DNA of 64,000 bases, taken from contig OY969695.1 in NCBI GenBank assembly GCA_963701965.1, forward strand, positions 4,064,001 through 4,128,000. The letters are read 5' to 3'. The DNA is from an uncultured Gemmatimonadales bacterium (GTDB lineage: Bacteria; Gemmatimonadota; Gemmatimonadetes; Gemmatimonadales; Gemmatimonadaceae). Positions 32,184 through 41,711 of this stretch are shown here, piece by piece (positions within the stretch are counted from its first letter, which is position 1; every line of letters starts with the position of its first letter). The translations under genes and the position numbers were made by a program. The notes beneath the pieces are model-generated. The model saw nothing but the letters and a program-made list of their open reading frames with translations. It did no database searches and was not told the DNA's origin.

Positions 32184-32983
32184 CGCGGTGCGCGACGGCG
32201 GCCCTCGCGGCCCTCGCCTGGGCCACACACGCGGCCGGGGCGCAACTGGTCGTGACGCAGATGGAGCTGTTCTTCACGCCCGACAGTGGCCGCCTCTCGA
32301 CCGCGACGTTCACGGTGACGAACGGCGCGGATCATCCGGTGCAAGCCACCCTCGCCATCGAGGACTGGGATCGCACCGATCGCGGCGACAACGTCTTTCG
32401 CCCGCTCGGCGCCTCGCCCGCTTCCTGTCACGATCGGCTGAGCGTGTTCCCGGAGGGGCTCTTCCTGGCGCCGAAGGAAGTGCAGACGGTCCGCGTGCGA
32501 TACGCCGGCGCCGAGCCGGAAGACCCCGGCTGCTGGGGCGTCGTCTTCGTCGAGACCGTCCCTCCCGCCAGCCCGCAGGCGGGCCGCGCCATCATGTACG
32601 TGTTGCGCACCGGCGTCAAAGTGTACGTCCAACCCCGGCACGCCACGCGCGATGGGACGATCGACGCGATGACCGTCCAGCCGCACATGCACGACCCGAC
32701 GGGCGCCGTGCCCGATACCGTCGCGCGCGATCTGGTGGTGTCGTTTCGCAACACGGGCAGCGGCCAGATCATCGACGGGGCGGGTACCGTCGAGCTGCGT
32801 CGCCCCGACAACTCGCTCGCTGCGACGCTCCGCGTGCCGCACTATTGGGTGACGCCCGGCGCGCGCCGGGTCCTGACACTCGGCCTGCCGCATCTCGAGC
32901 CCGGCACCTACGTCGCGCTCGCGCTGCTCGACTTCGGCGGTCCCGAGGTGGCCGCGGGCCAACTCGCCCTGCACGGACCATGA
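32180..32983 (+). CDS. Putative periplasmic pilus chaperone (PapD-like)
   Basis: Signal peptide; TVTN, VFP..F.LAP.E.QTVRV, GVKVYVQP and FRNTG, a two-Ig-domain chaperone pattern. Confidence 0.7.
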   Translation: MTRCATAALAALAWATHAAGAQLVVTQMELFFTPDSGRLSTATFTVTNGADHPVQATLAIEDWDRTDRGDNVFRPLGASPASCHDRLSVFPEGLFLAPKEVQTVRVRYAGAEPEDPGCWGVVFVETVPPASPQAGRAIMYVLRTGVKVYVQPRHATRDGTIDAMTVQPHMHDPTGAVPDTVARDLVVSFRNTGSGQIIDGAGTVELRRPDNSLAATLRVPHYWVTPGARRVLTLGLPHLEPGTYVALALLDFGGPEVAAGQLALHGP

Positions 32984-33507
32984 CCCCGCCGCGCGGTCTG
33001 CGCGGAACGCTCCTGCTGCTTTTGTCAGTGATCCCCACAGCGACGGCCCGCCCGCAGAACATCGTCACGCTCACCGCGACCGGCGCGCCGGCGTTCGGAA
33101 CGCCGACCGGGACGGACTACGCGGCGGGCGCCGTGTTCAATACGGGATTTCCCGCGTCGGGCGTGGCGTACACGGTGCAGATCACCGGCCTGGGGCTCAT
33201 CACGCATACCGCGACGGTGAGCATCTACTCGACGACGTCGACCCTCGGCAACGGCAAGCCGATCAGCGATCTCCAGTGGGCCTGCGTGGCCGCCTGCGCC
33301 ACGGGGACGGGATTCTCCGGCCTCACGTGCTGTGGACCGCCGGGCACCACGATCCAATCCCAGCAGATTCAAGTCGCCTCCAATCCGACGGCGGGGAACA
33401 CACTCGTCTTCCGGACTCTGTTGAGCTACGCGCTGGACGCGCCGGGTCGAACGTACACCACCGGCGCGGCGGGAATCGTCCTCCTGCTCTCGGTGACCGC
33501 GCCGTAG
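32980..33507 (+). CDS. Putative minor pilin-like subunit
   Basis: Signal peptide; KPISDLQW and ...YALDAPG.Y....SVTAP shared with the other two subunits. Confidence 0.6.
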   Translation: MTPPRGLRGTLLLLLSVIPTATARPQNIVTLTATGAPAFGTPTGTDYAAGAVFNTGFPASGVAYTVQITGLGLITHTATVSIYSTTSTLGNGKPISDLQWACVAACATGTGFSGLTCCGPPGTTIQSQQIQVASNPTAGNTLVFRTLLSYALDAPGRTYTTGAAGIVLLLSVTAP

Positions 33508-33519
33508 TGCCGGGTGGCC

Positions 33520-36219
33520 ATGCGGATCATCCGTGGCGTGATGGCCGCGTCAGTCCTGCTCGTGGAAACGGCGCCCCTCGCGGCGCAGGTGGTCACGCCG
33601 TCGAGTGACACGATCACCGTCGCCGGCGCACCCCGCACGTTTCAGGTGGTGGCGGTGCCGGTGCCCGCTGCGGCGGGACGGGGCGTCCGCTATCGCGTCA
33701 CGCCAATGCCGGGCGCGCGGGCGATCGGCGCCGAATCCGGCGTCGTGGATCCGACCAACGCGCTGGATGGCCGGTTGCTCGTCACCCTCGCCATCGCGCC
33801 GTCGGCGCGCGCGGGCCGCTCCGGCGCCGGCGCTGTCGTGTTTTTCTGGTCGTCGTCGGACTCGGGTATTACGGTGCCGATCGTGCTCGACGTGACGCGC
33901 GTGCGGCGCATCGTCGTCCAGCCGGTCCGGATCCAAACGGGCGCCCGCGCCGACAGCCGCGTGCGGGTGGCGTTCGTGGTGACGAACGCGGGCAACGCAC
34001 CCGACACCGTGCGCGCAGGATCGGACCAGCCGTCGGGATGGCGCGTGATCGAAGGCGCGCGGTCGGCCATCCTCGATGCCGGCGCATCCACGACCGACAC
34101 CTGTACGCTCGCGATTCCGCCGTCGACGAGCGGCGACATCACCGTCACGTTGCGGGCCTCCACAACGGCGGGCGTCGAGCTGGCGCGGGCTGGCGCGAAT
34201 ATCGAGGTGATCGATGACGGAGGAAGCCGCGCCCGCGCCTTCGGCGTCGGGCCGGTCGTGACCGTGGGAGCCGCGGCCGCCGCCGGCGGGGGCCCCATCG
34301 GCACCGGCGGAGGCGTCACGGTCTCCGGACTCCTCACCGATGATGTTGCGCTCACGGGTCGCTGGGTCTCGACGTCGACGCACGACGTGCTCTCCAACAT
34401 CGCCTACGCCGATCTGGGATACGTCACGACGCCGCCCTATCTCATCGCCACGGCGCCCCGCTGGTCGCTCGGCGCGGGCGCGACCAGCCTGACGCTCTCT
34501 CCGCTCGCCGGCACCTCCATGTGGGGTCTGGGCGCCAGTGGGATCTGGCACGACACCACGTGGCACGTACGCGCCGTGGCGGCGCGGCCGGGCGAGGTCA
34601 CCGGCGTCTCGCACTACGGGGCGATCGCCGGTCTCGGTGTCGAACGCCGGTTCGGCGCCGTCTCGGTCTTTGTGGATGCGGCGCATCTGCTGGACAGTCT
34701 GGCCGGCCGGCGCCGCCTCGACGCCGCCAATGTCGGCGCGACGATCGAGGGACCCGCCGGATTTGTCTCGACGGCCGACGTCGGGGCGCGCGAGACGGAC
34801 GCTGGCACCGCGCTCGGGTACGCCGTGGGCATCGACCGGTCGACCCGAACGTCGGACTTGAGCCTCCGGGAGATCCACGCGCCGGGCGGGTCCCAAGCGT
34901 TCGCCGTGGCCAGCGATCAGCAAATGGCCAGCGGCTACGCGCAACTGACCGGCGCGGTGACGATGATCGGCGCGGCGTGGCGCGCCGCCGACGCCAATGC
35001 GATCTTCGCGCGGGCCGTGAGCGACGGGTGGACGGTCGGGCCGCAGTTTCGAGTGACGGGCAGCACGAGCGCCCGGATCGACTACCGGATGAGCGCATCG
35101 ACCGAGACCGGATCGTTGGGGGGATTCGCCGATCGCGACCAGGCGGGCGAGTTGACGCTGAGCACCTTTTGGGGACGGCTGACCGCGACCGCCACGGCGA
35201 GCGCCGGAGTCACGACGCAGAGCACCATCGCGCCTGCCGGAGCATCCGACGACGCGACGGGTCCCCGGGTGTTGGTCAGCGCGTTGGTGACCCATCCCGT
35301 CGGCGGCGGCGCATGGAGCGTGTTCGGGACCGTCGACCACGCCGGCATCCCGGGCGCTATCACCGATCAGAGCGTGTTCGGCGCCCGCGTCAATGAGCTC
35401 CATCCATTGCCCACCGCGCGCCAGCTGACGATCGGCGCCATGCTGGCCCGGTCCGGCCTCTTTGGTACCGGCCCGCGCTACACGACCTTCGAGTGGACCA
35501 CCCACTATCGGCCATCGGACGCGTACGATCTCGCGGTCGCGGTCGAGCATTACCCGGTCGCCGTCCTGGTCATGCCGTCGACGTGGGCCGTCGCGCTGCG
35601 GATCCAACGGAGCTTTCGCCTGCCGGGCATTCCCCGGCCCGGTGCCAGCGGCACGGTGTTCACCGCCGGCATTGCGCCTGGCAACAACACCGGGCTGCAG
35701 GGCGTGCTGCTGCGCCGCAATGGGGAAACGGTCATCACGAACGCGCTCGGCGTCTATCACTTTCACAGCGCCTCGGCCGACGCGCCGGTGCTCGATCCCG
35801 CGTCGCTGCCGGTCGGCCTGCTCTCGGCCGGCCCGGTCTCGACGGGCGGCGCCGCCGGCCGATTCGACTTTCCCATCGTCGCGACGGGAGACGTGACCGT
35901 GCGGCTCGTCGTCGTGCGCGATGCGCTCTCCAGCGCGCCGCCGTTGGCGGTGTGGCGCGGCGCGGCGATCACGGCGATCGACGAAGTGGGACGGGTGTGG
36001 ACCGCGCGACCGGATGCGGACGGCGTGGCGACGTTCAAGGCGCTGCCCATCGCGACCTACCATCTGGACGTGGACTTGAGCCGGACGGCCGAGCCGATGC
36101 GCGTGAGCGAGACGCTGCCGGCGGTGGTCGTCACCCGCTCGCCCGATCCGCAGGACATCACGGTCCACGTGCGACGGCGCGCGATCAAGCTGCATCGCTT
36201 CGACGTCACGGCCAGCTAA
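33520..36219 (+). CDS. Putative usher-like outer-membrane protein
   Basis: About 900 aa, signal peptide, N-terminal Ig-like domains (VTNAGNAPDT), long amphipathic beta region, C-terminal G.VF / T...G.Y.F Ig-like domains. Confidence 0.6.
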   Translation: MRIIRGVMAASVLLVETAPLAAQVVTPSSDTITVAGAPRTFQVVAVPVPAAAGRGVRYRVTPMPGARAIGAESGVVDPTNALDGRLLVTLAIAPSARAGRSGAGAVVFFWSSSDSGITVPIVLDVTRVRRIVVQPVRIQTGARADSRVRVAFVVTNAGNAPDTVRAGSDQPSGWRVIEGARSAILDAGASTTDTCTLAIPPSTSGDITVTLRASTTAGVELARAGANIEVIDDGGSRARAFGVGPVVTVGAAAAAGGGPIGTGGGVTVSGLLTDDVALTGRWVSTSTHDVLSNIAYADLGYVTTPPYLIATAPRWSLGAGATSLTLSPLAGTSMWGLGASGIWHDTTWHVRAVAARPGEVTGVSHYGAIAGLGVERRFGAVSVFVDAAHLLDSLAGRRRLDAANVGATIEGPAGFVSTADVGARETDAGTALGYAVGIDRSTRTSDLSLREIHAPGGSQAFAVASDQQMASGYAQLTGAVTMIGAAWRAADANAIFARAVSDGWTVGPQFRVTGSTSARIDYRMSASTETGSLGGFADRDQAGELTLSTFWGRLTATATASAGVTTQSTIAPAGASDDATGPRVLVSALVTHPVGGGAWSVFGTVDHAGIPGAITDQSVFGARVNELHPLPTARQLTIGAMLARSGLFGTGPRYTTFEWTTHYRPSDAYDLAVAVEHYPVAVLVMPSTWAVALRIQRSFRLPGIPRPGASGTVFTAGIAPGNNTGLQGVLLRRNGETVITNALGVYHFHSASADAPVLDPASLPVGLLSAGPVSTGGAAGRFDFPIVATGDVTVRLVVVRDALSSAPPLAVWRGAAITAIDEVGRVWTARPDADGVATFKALPIATYHLDVDLSRTAEPMRVSETLPAVVVTRSPDPQDITVHVRRRAIKLHRFDVTAS

Positions 36220-36647
36220 TGCGTTCGCGACTCTACGGGCTCGTCGCGATGGTGGTCGCCGGGTGTACATCGAGCACCAGCCCGTCCCGCATCGCGCTCG
36301 ATATTGCCGGCACCTGGCAGTACGTGGGCCACGAGGCCAGCCCGACGCCGGCGACGATCGACGGGCACGTGGCCTTCACGGTAGACAGCACGGGCACGTT
36401 CACCGGGGACTTTGCGGCGACCGTCACCGTCGCGGGAGATCCGGGGACGACCCTCGAAGGTCCATTGACCGGCCAGTCGCTGGATCGCCAGTCGTTGTCA
36501 TGGGACGTCGCCCTCTCGCCGCAGGTCGTGCGCCGGCATGTCGGCACCGTGGCCGGTGACTCGATGACGGGCAGCTGGGTCGACGAGACAGGATCCGGTC
36601 CCGGCGCCAGCGGGGACTTCACGGCCGTTCGCCAGCACGGGAACTAG
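36219..36647 (+). CDS. Hypothetical lipoprotein in the pilus locus
   Basis: Lipobox VAGC; IAGTW...MTGSW...GDFTAVR small beta-barrel-like pattern; TAATG coupling to the upstream gene. Confidence 0.7.
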   Translation: MRSRLYGLVAMVVAGCTSSTSPSRIALDIAGTWQYVGHEASPTPATIDGHVAFTVDSTGTFTGDFAATVTVAGDPGTTLEGPLTGQSLDRQSLSWDVALSPQVVRRHVGTVAGDSMTGSWVDETGSGPGASGDFTAVRQHGN

Positions 36648-36651
36648 CGGC

Positions 36652-37206
36652 ATGTTCGCGGCGAAACCACGGGTCTGGACGTTGGCGTGCGCGAGCGCCG
36701 CGCTGGCACTCGCCGGAGCGCCGAACGCCCGCGCGCAGGGCAACTGTTCGCTCACGATCGTGACGGGAACGTGCACCGTGACGACCGGCGCCACGATCCA
36801 GACCAGTCCGTCGGGCATCGTCGCGCTGACGGTGTCGCCCACCGCGACGACGCTGGCCCCGCCAAGCGCCGCCGATTTCAACAGCGGCACCACGCCGGCC
36901 GCGAGCGTCATGATCACGGTCGCCACGAACAACAGCGCCACCGTGACGGCGGCGTGTGGCCAGCCCACCTGGGCGGCCATCGGCAGCGGCGCCAGCGCCT
37001 CCAAGGCGTGCGCCGATCTGGAATGGAGCGCCGACGCCAATACCGGCTTCACGGCGCTCACCACCAGTGGCCAGACGGTCGTTTCGGCGGCCTCCCCGAC
37101 CAACGGGACCAGTGTGTCGATATTTCTCCGCGCGCGCCTCACATGGACGGCGGACACACCAGGGACCTACAGCATGCCGGTGAAGCTGTCGATCGCCGCT
37201 CCGTAG
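36652..37206 (+). CDS. Second major-type pilin-like subunit
   Basis: Signal peptide, N-terminal Cys pair, KACADLEW and WTADTPGTYSMPVKLSIAAP; paralog of 31647-32183. Confidence 0.65.
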   Translation: MFAAKPRVWTLACASAALALAGAPNARAQGNCSLTIVTGTCTVTTGATIQTSPSGIVALTVSPTATTLAPPSAADFNSGTTPAASVMITVATNNSATVTAACGQPTWAAIGSGASASKACADLEWSADANTGFTALTTSGQTVVSAASPTNGTSVSIFLRARLTWTADTPGTYSMPVKLSIAAP

Positions 37207-37222
37207 CCGCTTAGCTTCCCGC

Positions 37223-37810
37223 ATGCCGTCCGTCATTCTCGCGTCACAGTCGCCGCGCCGGCGCGACCTCCTGAATCTCATTGGCATCGCGCACACGGTC
37301 CGGCCGGCGGATATCGACGAGTCCCTGTTGCCCGGCGAGACGCCGGTCGCCTGCGTCGAGCGTCTCGCCCGCGCCAAGGCCCACCGCGTTGCGCCGGAGG
37401 CACCGCACGCGGTGGTCATTGCCGCTGACACGATCGTCGTCGTTGATGACCGCATTTTGAACAAGCCGGTGGACGTGGCGGACGCGACCGCAATGCTGAT
37501 GGGACTCGAGGGGCGCGCCCACGCGGTGTATACCGCCGTCTGCGTCATCCGGGGCGCCCGCGAGGCCGCCGGCGTCGAGCGCGCGGACGTGTGGTTTCGT
37601 TCGATGACGCGGAGCGAGATCGCGGCCTACATCGCCACCGGCGAGCCAATGGACAAGGCCGGCGCCTACGGCATCCAGGGATACGGCGCGACGATCGTGG
37701 AGCGGGTGGACGGGGATTTCTTTGCCGTCGTCGGCCTTCCGCTGGTGCGCTTGACGCGCCTGCTGCGCGAGATCGGGCTCGAGTACGACTTCGGGACCCT
37801 GAGGGGATAG
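37223..37810 (+). CDS. maf: Maf-family nucleoside triphosphate pyrophosphatase
   Basis: ILASQSPRR, AADTIV, KP and DKAGAYGIQG. Confidence 0.93.
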   Translation: MPSVILASQSPRRRDLLNLIGIAHTVRPADIDESLLPGETPVACVERLARAKAHRVAPEAPHAVVIAADTIVVVDDRILNKPVDVADATAMLMGLEGRAHAVYTAVCVIRGAREAAGVERADVWFRSMTRSEIAAYIATGEPMDKAGAYGIQGYGATIVERVDGDFFAVVGLPLVRLTRLLREIGLEYDFGTLRG

Positions 37811-37895
37811 CGCGCGACGGCTTCGGCCCGTGGCGGCCGCGTCTCACCCGGCTGCTCACACACCGCCGGCACCGCCGATAGTACTTTCCAGGGCC

Positions 37896-38990
37896 ATGAA
37901 AACCATCGCCCTTCTGATACTCGCCGGCATGGCCGCCCAGGCGGGGGCGCAGCCGAGCGATGCCGCCGCGCGCGAGTTTCACGTGGACTCTTTTGCCTTC
38001 GAGAGCGGTGTCACGGTCAACGATATCGAGATCGTGTATGCCACCTATGGACACCTCGATGCGGCGCGGAGCAATGCGGTCCTGGCCCCCTCGCATTACA
38101 TGGCCGACCACCATGGCTACGACTGGCTGCTGGGCCCCGGACAGGCCCTCGACACGGCGCGGTATTTCGTGGTGGCGACCGAGATGTTCGGCAACGGACA
38201 TTCTTCGAGCCCCAGCAATACCCCGGAGCCGTTTCATGGACCGCGCTTTCCCATGGTGTCGATCCGGGACAACGTGCGGATCGTGCATGCGCTGCTGACT
38301 GATGGGCTCGGGATCTCACATGTGCGGGCCGTCGTCGGCTTTTCGATGGGGGCCGAGCAAGCGTTCCAGTGGGCGCTCTCCTATCCTGACTTCGCCGACC
38401 GGATCGTCGCCACGTCCGGCACCGCGAAGTGTTATCCCCACGGCGTCGTCCGCCTGGAAGGGCAGATCGCGGCTTTGGAAGCGGACGCCGCGTTCCAGGC
38501 CGGCGACTATACGAGTGAACCAATGCGGGGCATCCGCGCCTTCGGCACGGTATGGGCGGCGTGGCTCTTCTCCCAAGAATGGTGGCGCACCGGGTTGTGG
38601 CGCGCCGATACATCGAACGGTCGCACGTTCGAGGAGGTCTTGTCGCGGATTGTCGACAGCTTCACGCAAAACGACGCCAACGACATGATCCTCCAGGCCC
38701 GCATGTGGGAGCACCACGACATCGGCACCACGCCCGGCTACGGCGGCGACATCGAACGCGCCTTGCGCGGCATCCGCGTCCCCGTGTTGTACATGCCGTC
38801 GGCGACCGATCTCTATTTTCCGCTTGGCGACGCCGAGTACGAGGCGCGGTTCATCCCGCGCGTCACGTTCGCGCCGATCCGGTCGCTGTGGGGCCACCCG
38901 GCGGGCGCCGGCGCCAGTCCGGCCGACCTGGCGTTCTTGAATCAGACGATCGGCACCTTCCTACGCGGACCGGTAGCGCTCGGCCCATAG
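37896..38990 (+). CDS. MetX/homoserine acetyltransferase-like alpha/beta hydrolase with N-terminal signal peptide
   Basis: Y.TYG.L, GNG.SSSPSN, GFSMG, TDLYF and WGH. Confidence 0.8.
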   Translation: MKTIALLILAGMAAQAGAQPSDAAAREFHVDSFAFESGVTVNDIEIVYATYGHLDAARSNAVLAPSHYMADHHGYDWLLGPGQALDTARYFVVATEMFGNGHSSSPSNTPEPFHGPRFPMVSIRDNVRIVHALLTDGLGISHVRAVVGFSMGAEQAFQWALSYPDFADRIVATSGTAKCYPHGVVRLEGQIAALEADAAFQAGDYTSEPMRGIRAFGTVWAAWLFSQEWWRTGLWRADTSNGRTFEEVLSRIVDSFTQNDANDMILQARMWEHHDIGTTPGYGGDIERALRGIRVPVLYMPSATDLYFPLGDAEYEARFIPRVTFAPIRSLWGHPAGAGASPADLAFLNQTIGTFLRGPVALGP

Positions 38991-39992
38991 GGCGATCTTC
39001 GACAGCACATCGCCCACTCCGATCCGCGGCATGCGGCCCCGCCGGCGCGTCCAGATGACCGCGTCGCCGTCGCGCGGCTCGCGAAACGCGTCGACAATGA
39101 GATCCTGAAATTTGCGATAGGGACCGGTGCGCTTGGGGTCGGCGTTCGCCATCAGACTGACCACGGGGCGGTTGAGCGCGGCAGCAATGTGCATCGGACC
39201 GGTGTCCAACGACACCACCAGCGCGGCGCCATCGAGGATGGACACGAGGTTGCGCAAGCCCGACCCCAAGGCATTGCGCACGGGATACCGGGCCAGCATC
39301 TGGATGGTGTGCCCGGTCTCCTGTTCCCGCGCGGACGCCCCGCCGACGAGCACGGGCTCGAGGTCGTACGTCGCCGACAGCGTATCCGCCACCGCGGCCC
39401 ATCGGTCCGGCATCCATTCGCGGTCGGGATCGCCGGCGCCGATCACCAGCGCGGCCGCCGGGCGCTCGAACGGCGCGAAGAATCGCTGCTGCCACGCCCG
39501 CTCGGTGGGCCGCGGGCCGATGGACCACACGACGGGCTCGATCGGGATCTTGAGCGCGTTCAGAAACTCGAAGTATTGATCCTGCACGTGTTGGCGGCCG
39601 GCGTGCGGCGGGATCTGCGCGGTCGTGAACAGCCAATTGAGATCGCGCGCCCGCGCCCGGTCGAAGCCCAACTTCACGGTGGCGGGCGTCAGCGCGGTGA
39701 CCACACCCGCCTTGAACGCCACCTGGAGGTCGAGTACCACGTCGAACCGGCGGCCGCGCAAGCCGAGCCGGTAGGCGGCGAGCGCCGGCGCCCCGCGGCG
39801 CGGGTCGACTTCGATCAGCTCATCGATCGCCGGGTGACCACGCACGAGCGCGGCCGGGCCGGGCTGGATGACCCACGTGACCCAGGCCATCGGGTACTCG
39901 CGCTTGATGGCGTTGACGACGGGGAGGACGTGCACGCTGTCGCCGACGGCGCTCAGCATGACGACGCAGATACGATCGAACGGCGATCTCAT
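38961..39992 (-). CDS. GT9 LPS heptosyltransferase
   Basis: LSAVGD.VH, DLQ and DTGPMHIAAA. Confidence 0.9.
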   Translation of the reverse strand: MRSPFDRICVVMLSAVGDSVHVLPVVNAIKREYPMAWVTWVIQPGPAALVRGHPAIDELIEVDPRRGAPALAAYRLGLRGRRFDVVLDLQVAFKAGVVTALTPATVKLGFDRARARDLNWLFTTAQIPPHAGRQHVQDQYFEFLNALKIPIEPVVWSIGPRPTERAWQQRFFAPFERPAAALVIGAGDPDREWMPDRWAAVADTLSATYDLEPVLVGGASAREQETGHTIQMLARYPVRNALGSGLRNLVSILDGAALVVSLDTGPMHIAAALNRPVVSLMANADPKRTGPYRKFQDLIVDAFREPRDGDAVIWTRRRGRMPRIGVGDVLSKIALWAERYRSA

Positions 39993-41017
39993 GGCGCGTA
40001 CCGCTGGTATCGGTCGCGCCACCGCTCCACGCGCTCCAGCACATCACGCACCGTGATCCGCGCCATGCCTGCGGGGCGCCGTTCCTTTGGGCGGCGCGAG
40101 GGTTCGCCGAAGCCGTTGACGATGAGATCGTGGAACTTGGCGTACGGGCCGTACACCGCGGGGTCGTTGTATCCAATGAGACTCACGACAGGCCGGTCGA
40201 GCGCGACGGCAATGTGCAAGGGACCCGTGTCCAGCGACACCGTGAGCGCGGCGCCATCGAGGATCGCGACCAGTCCGCGGAATCCGGATCCGAGCGCGTT
40301 GCGCACCGGGTAGCGAGCCAACGTCTGGATCTCCCGCGCCGTGTCCATCTCGCGCGGCGAATTGCCGCCGACCATCACCGGCACGAGACCATAGTCGGCC
40401 GAGAGCGCGTCGGCCACCGCCGCCCACCGGTCGCTCGGCCAGTTCTTCGGCTCGCGGCTCGATCCGATGACGAGGGCGGCCGCCGGCCGATCCAGCGCGG
40501 CGAAGAATTCCTGTTGCCACGGCCGTTCTTCGGCCCGGGGCGCCAGGTCCCAGATCACCGGCTCGGCCGGCACGCCGATCGGCGCCAAGAACTCGAAGTA
40601 CTGGTCCTGCATGTGTCGGCGCCATTCGCGCGCCGGGATCCGGGTATTGGTAAAGAGCCAGTTGAGGTCCCGGCTTCGCTTCCAATCAAATCCCAATTTC
40701 ACCGTCGCCGGTATCGCGGCCGTGACCAATCCGGCCTTGAAATACGGTTGCAGGTCGAGCAGGACATCGAACGCGCGCCCGTGCGCCGCGCGCCGCGCGG
40801 CGCCGAGCGCCGGCACCAACCGGGCCCGATCGAAGATCACCAACTCGTCGATCGCCGGGTGGCCGGCGACGAGACTGGCCGGTCCGGACTGGACAATCCA
40901 CGTCGTGCGCGTGCCCGGCGAGTGGCGCTTGATCGCGTTCAGCACTGGCAGGACGTGCACCGCATCGCCCACCGCGCTCAGCATGACGACGCACACCCGC
41001 GATCCGAGGGCGATCAT
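39989..41017 (-). CDS. GT9 LPS heptosyltransferase (tandem paralog)
   Basis: LSAVGDAVH and DTGPLHIAVA; closely similar to its neighbour. Confidence 0.9.
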   Translation of the reverse strand: MIALGSRVCVVMLSAVGDAVHVLPVLNAIKRHSPGTRTTWIVQSGPASLVAGHPAIDELVIFDRARLVPALGAARRAAHGRAFDVLLDLQPYFKAGLVTAAIPATVKLGFDWKRSRDLNWLFTNTRIPAREWRRHMQDQYFEFLAPIGVPAEPVIWDLAPRAEERPWQQEFFAALDRPAAALVIGSSREPKNWPSDRWAAVADALSADYGLVPVMVGGNSPREMDTAREIQTLARYPVRNALGSGFRGLVAILDGAALTVSLDTGPLHIAVALDRPVVSLIGYNDPAVYGPYAKFHDLIVNGFGEPSRRPKERRPAGMARITVRDVLERVERWRDRYQRYAP

Positions 41018-41703
41018 TGCACGGCCTTGGCGAAGCTCGCCAGATCCCGCTCCGTGATCGCGCCGAGCTTGCGCGCGGAGCGCGCCAATCGCCCGAGGTT
41101 CGCGTTCAGGACCTTGGCGTCACCAGGTCTGGCAAACCGCACCCGGTCGACATCGATCACGTACGCGGTCTCGCCGCTCACCAGGACGTTCGCCAGGTTG
41201 AGATCGGCGTGGATCGCGCCCGCGCGCGTCAGCGCGCGGAGCAGTTTCGCCGTCAGCGCCAGATCATGCGGTGTGAGAGGGCCCGCGGCCAGATCGCGGG
41301 CATCGGGAATTTCCCGCGTGAGGACATCGACGCGCCGGATCGCCGGGCCGACGCGATAAATGGCATAGCCGATCATCTCCGGCGTCGGGACACCCGCGCT
41401 CGCCAATCGTCGGGACGCCGCCAGCTCGTACGGTGCCCGCGTCGGCGCCAAAAACCAATCTTGGGTCAGGGGAGCCAACAGGCCGCCATGCCAAGAGTGC
41501 CGCACGACGACGCGCGCGTTGCCGAGTGGCACGGCGTACGCGGGGCGACGCCCGCGAAGCGGGCGGGCGCCAGGATGCCGCGATGCCCAGTCATGGATCG
41601 TCGTATCCGCCGCCAAGATCGCGTCCAGCGCCTCGGCGCACGTCGCGAGCACGACCGCCTCGGCCATACCACGCGCCAGGCGCCGGTAGCCATCGGGCGG
41701 CAC
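41014..41703 (-). CDS. Kdo kinase / lipopolysaccharide kinase family
   Basis: GRR, VVRH..HGG, HADLN..NVL and IDVD. Start is GTG 41703 or CTG 41715. Confidence 0.8.
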   Translation of the reverse strand: MPPDGYRRLARGMAEAVVLATCAEALDAILAADTTIHDWASRHPGARPLRGRRPAYAVPLGNARVVVRHSWHGGLLAPLTQDWFLAPTRAPYELAASRRLASAGVPTPEMIGYAIYRVGPAIRRVDVLTREIPDARDLAAGPLTPHDLALTAKLLRALTRAGAIHADLNLANVLVSGETAYVIDVDRVRFARPGDAKVLNANLGRLARSARKLGAITERDLASFAKAVQ

Positions 41704-41711
41704 GCGACGCG

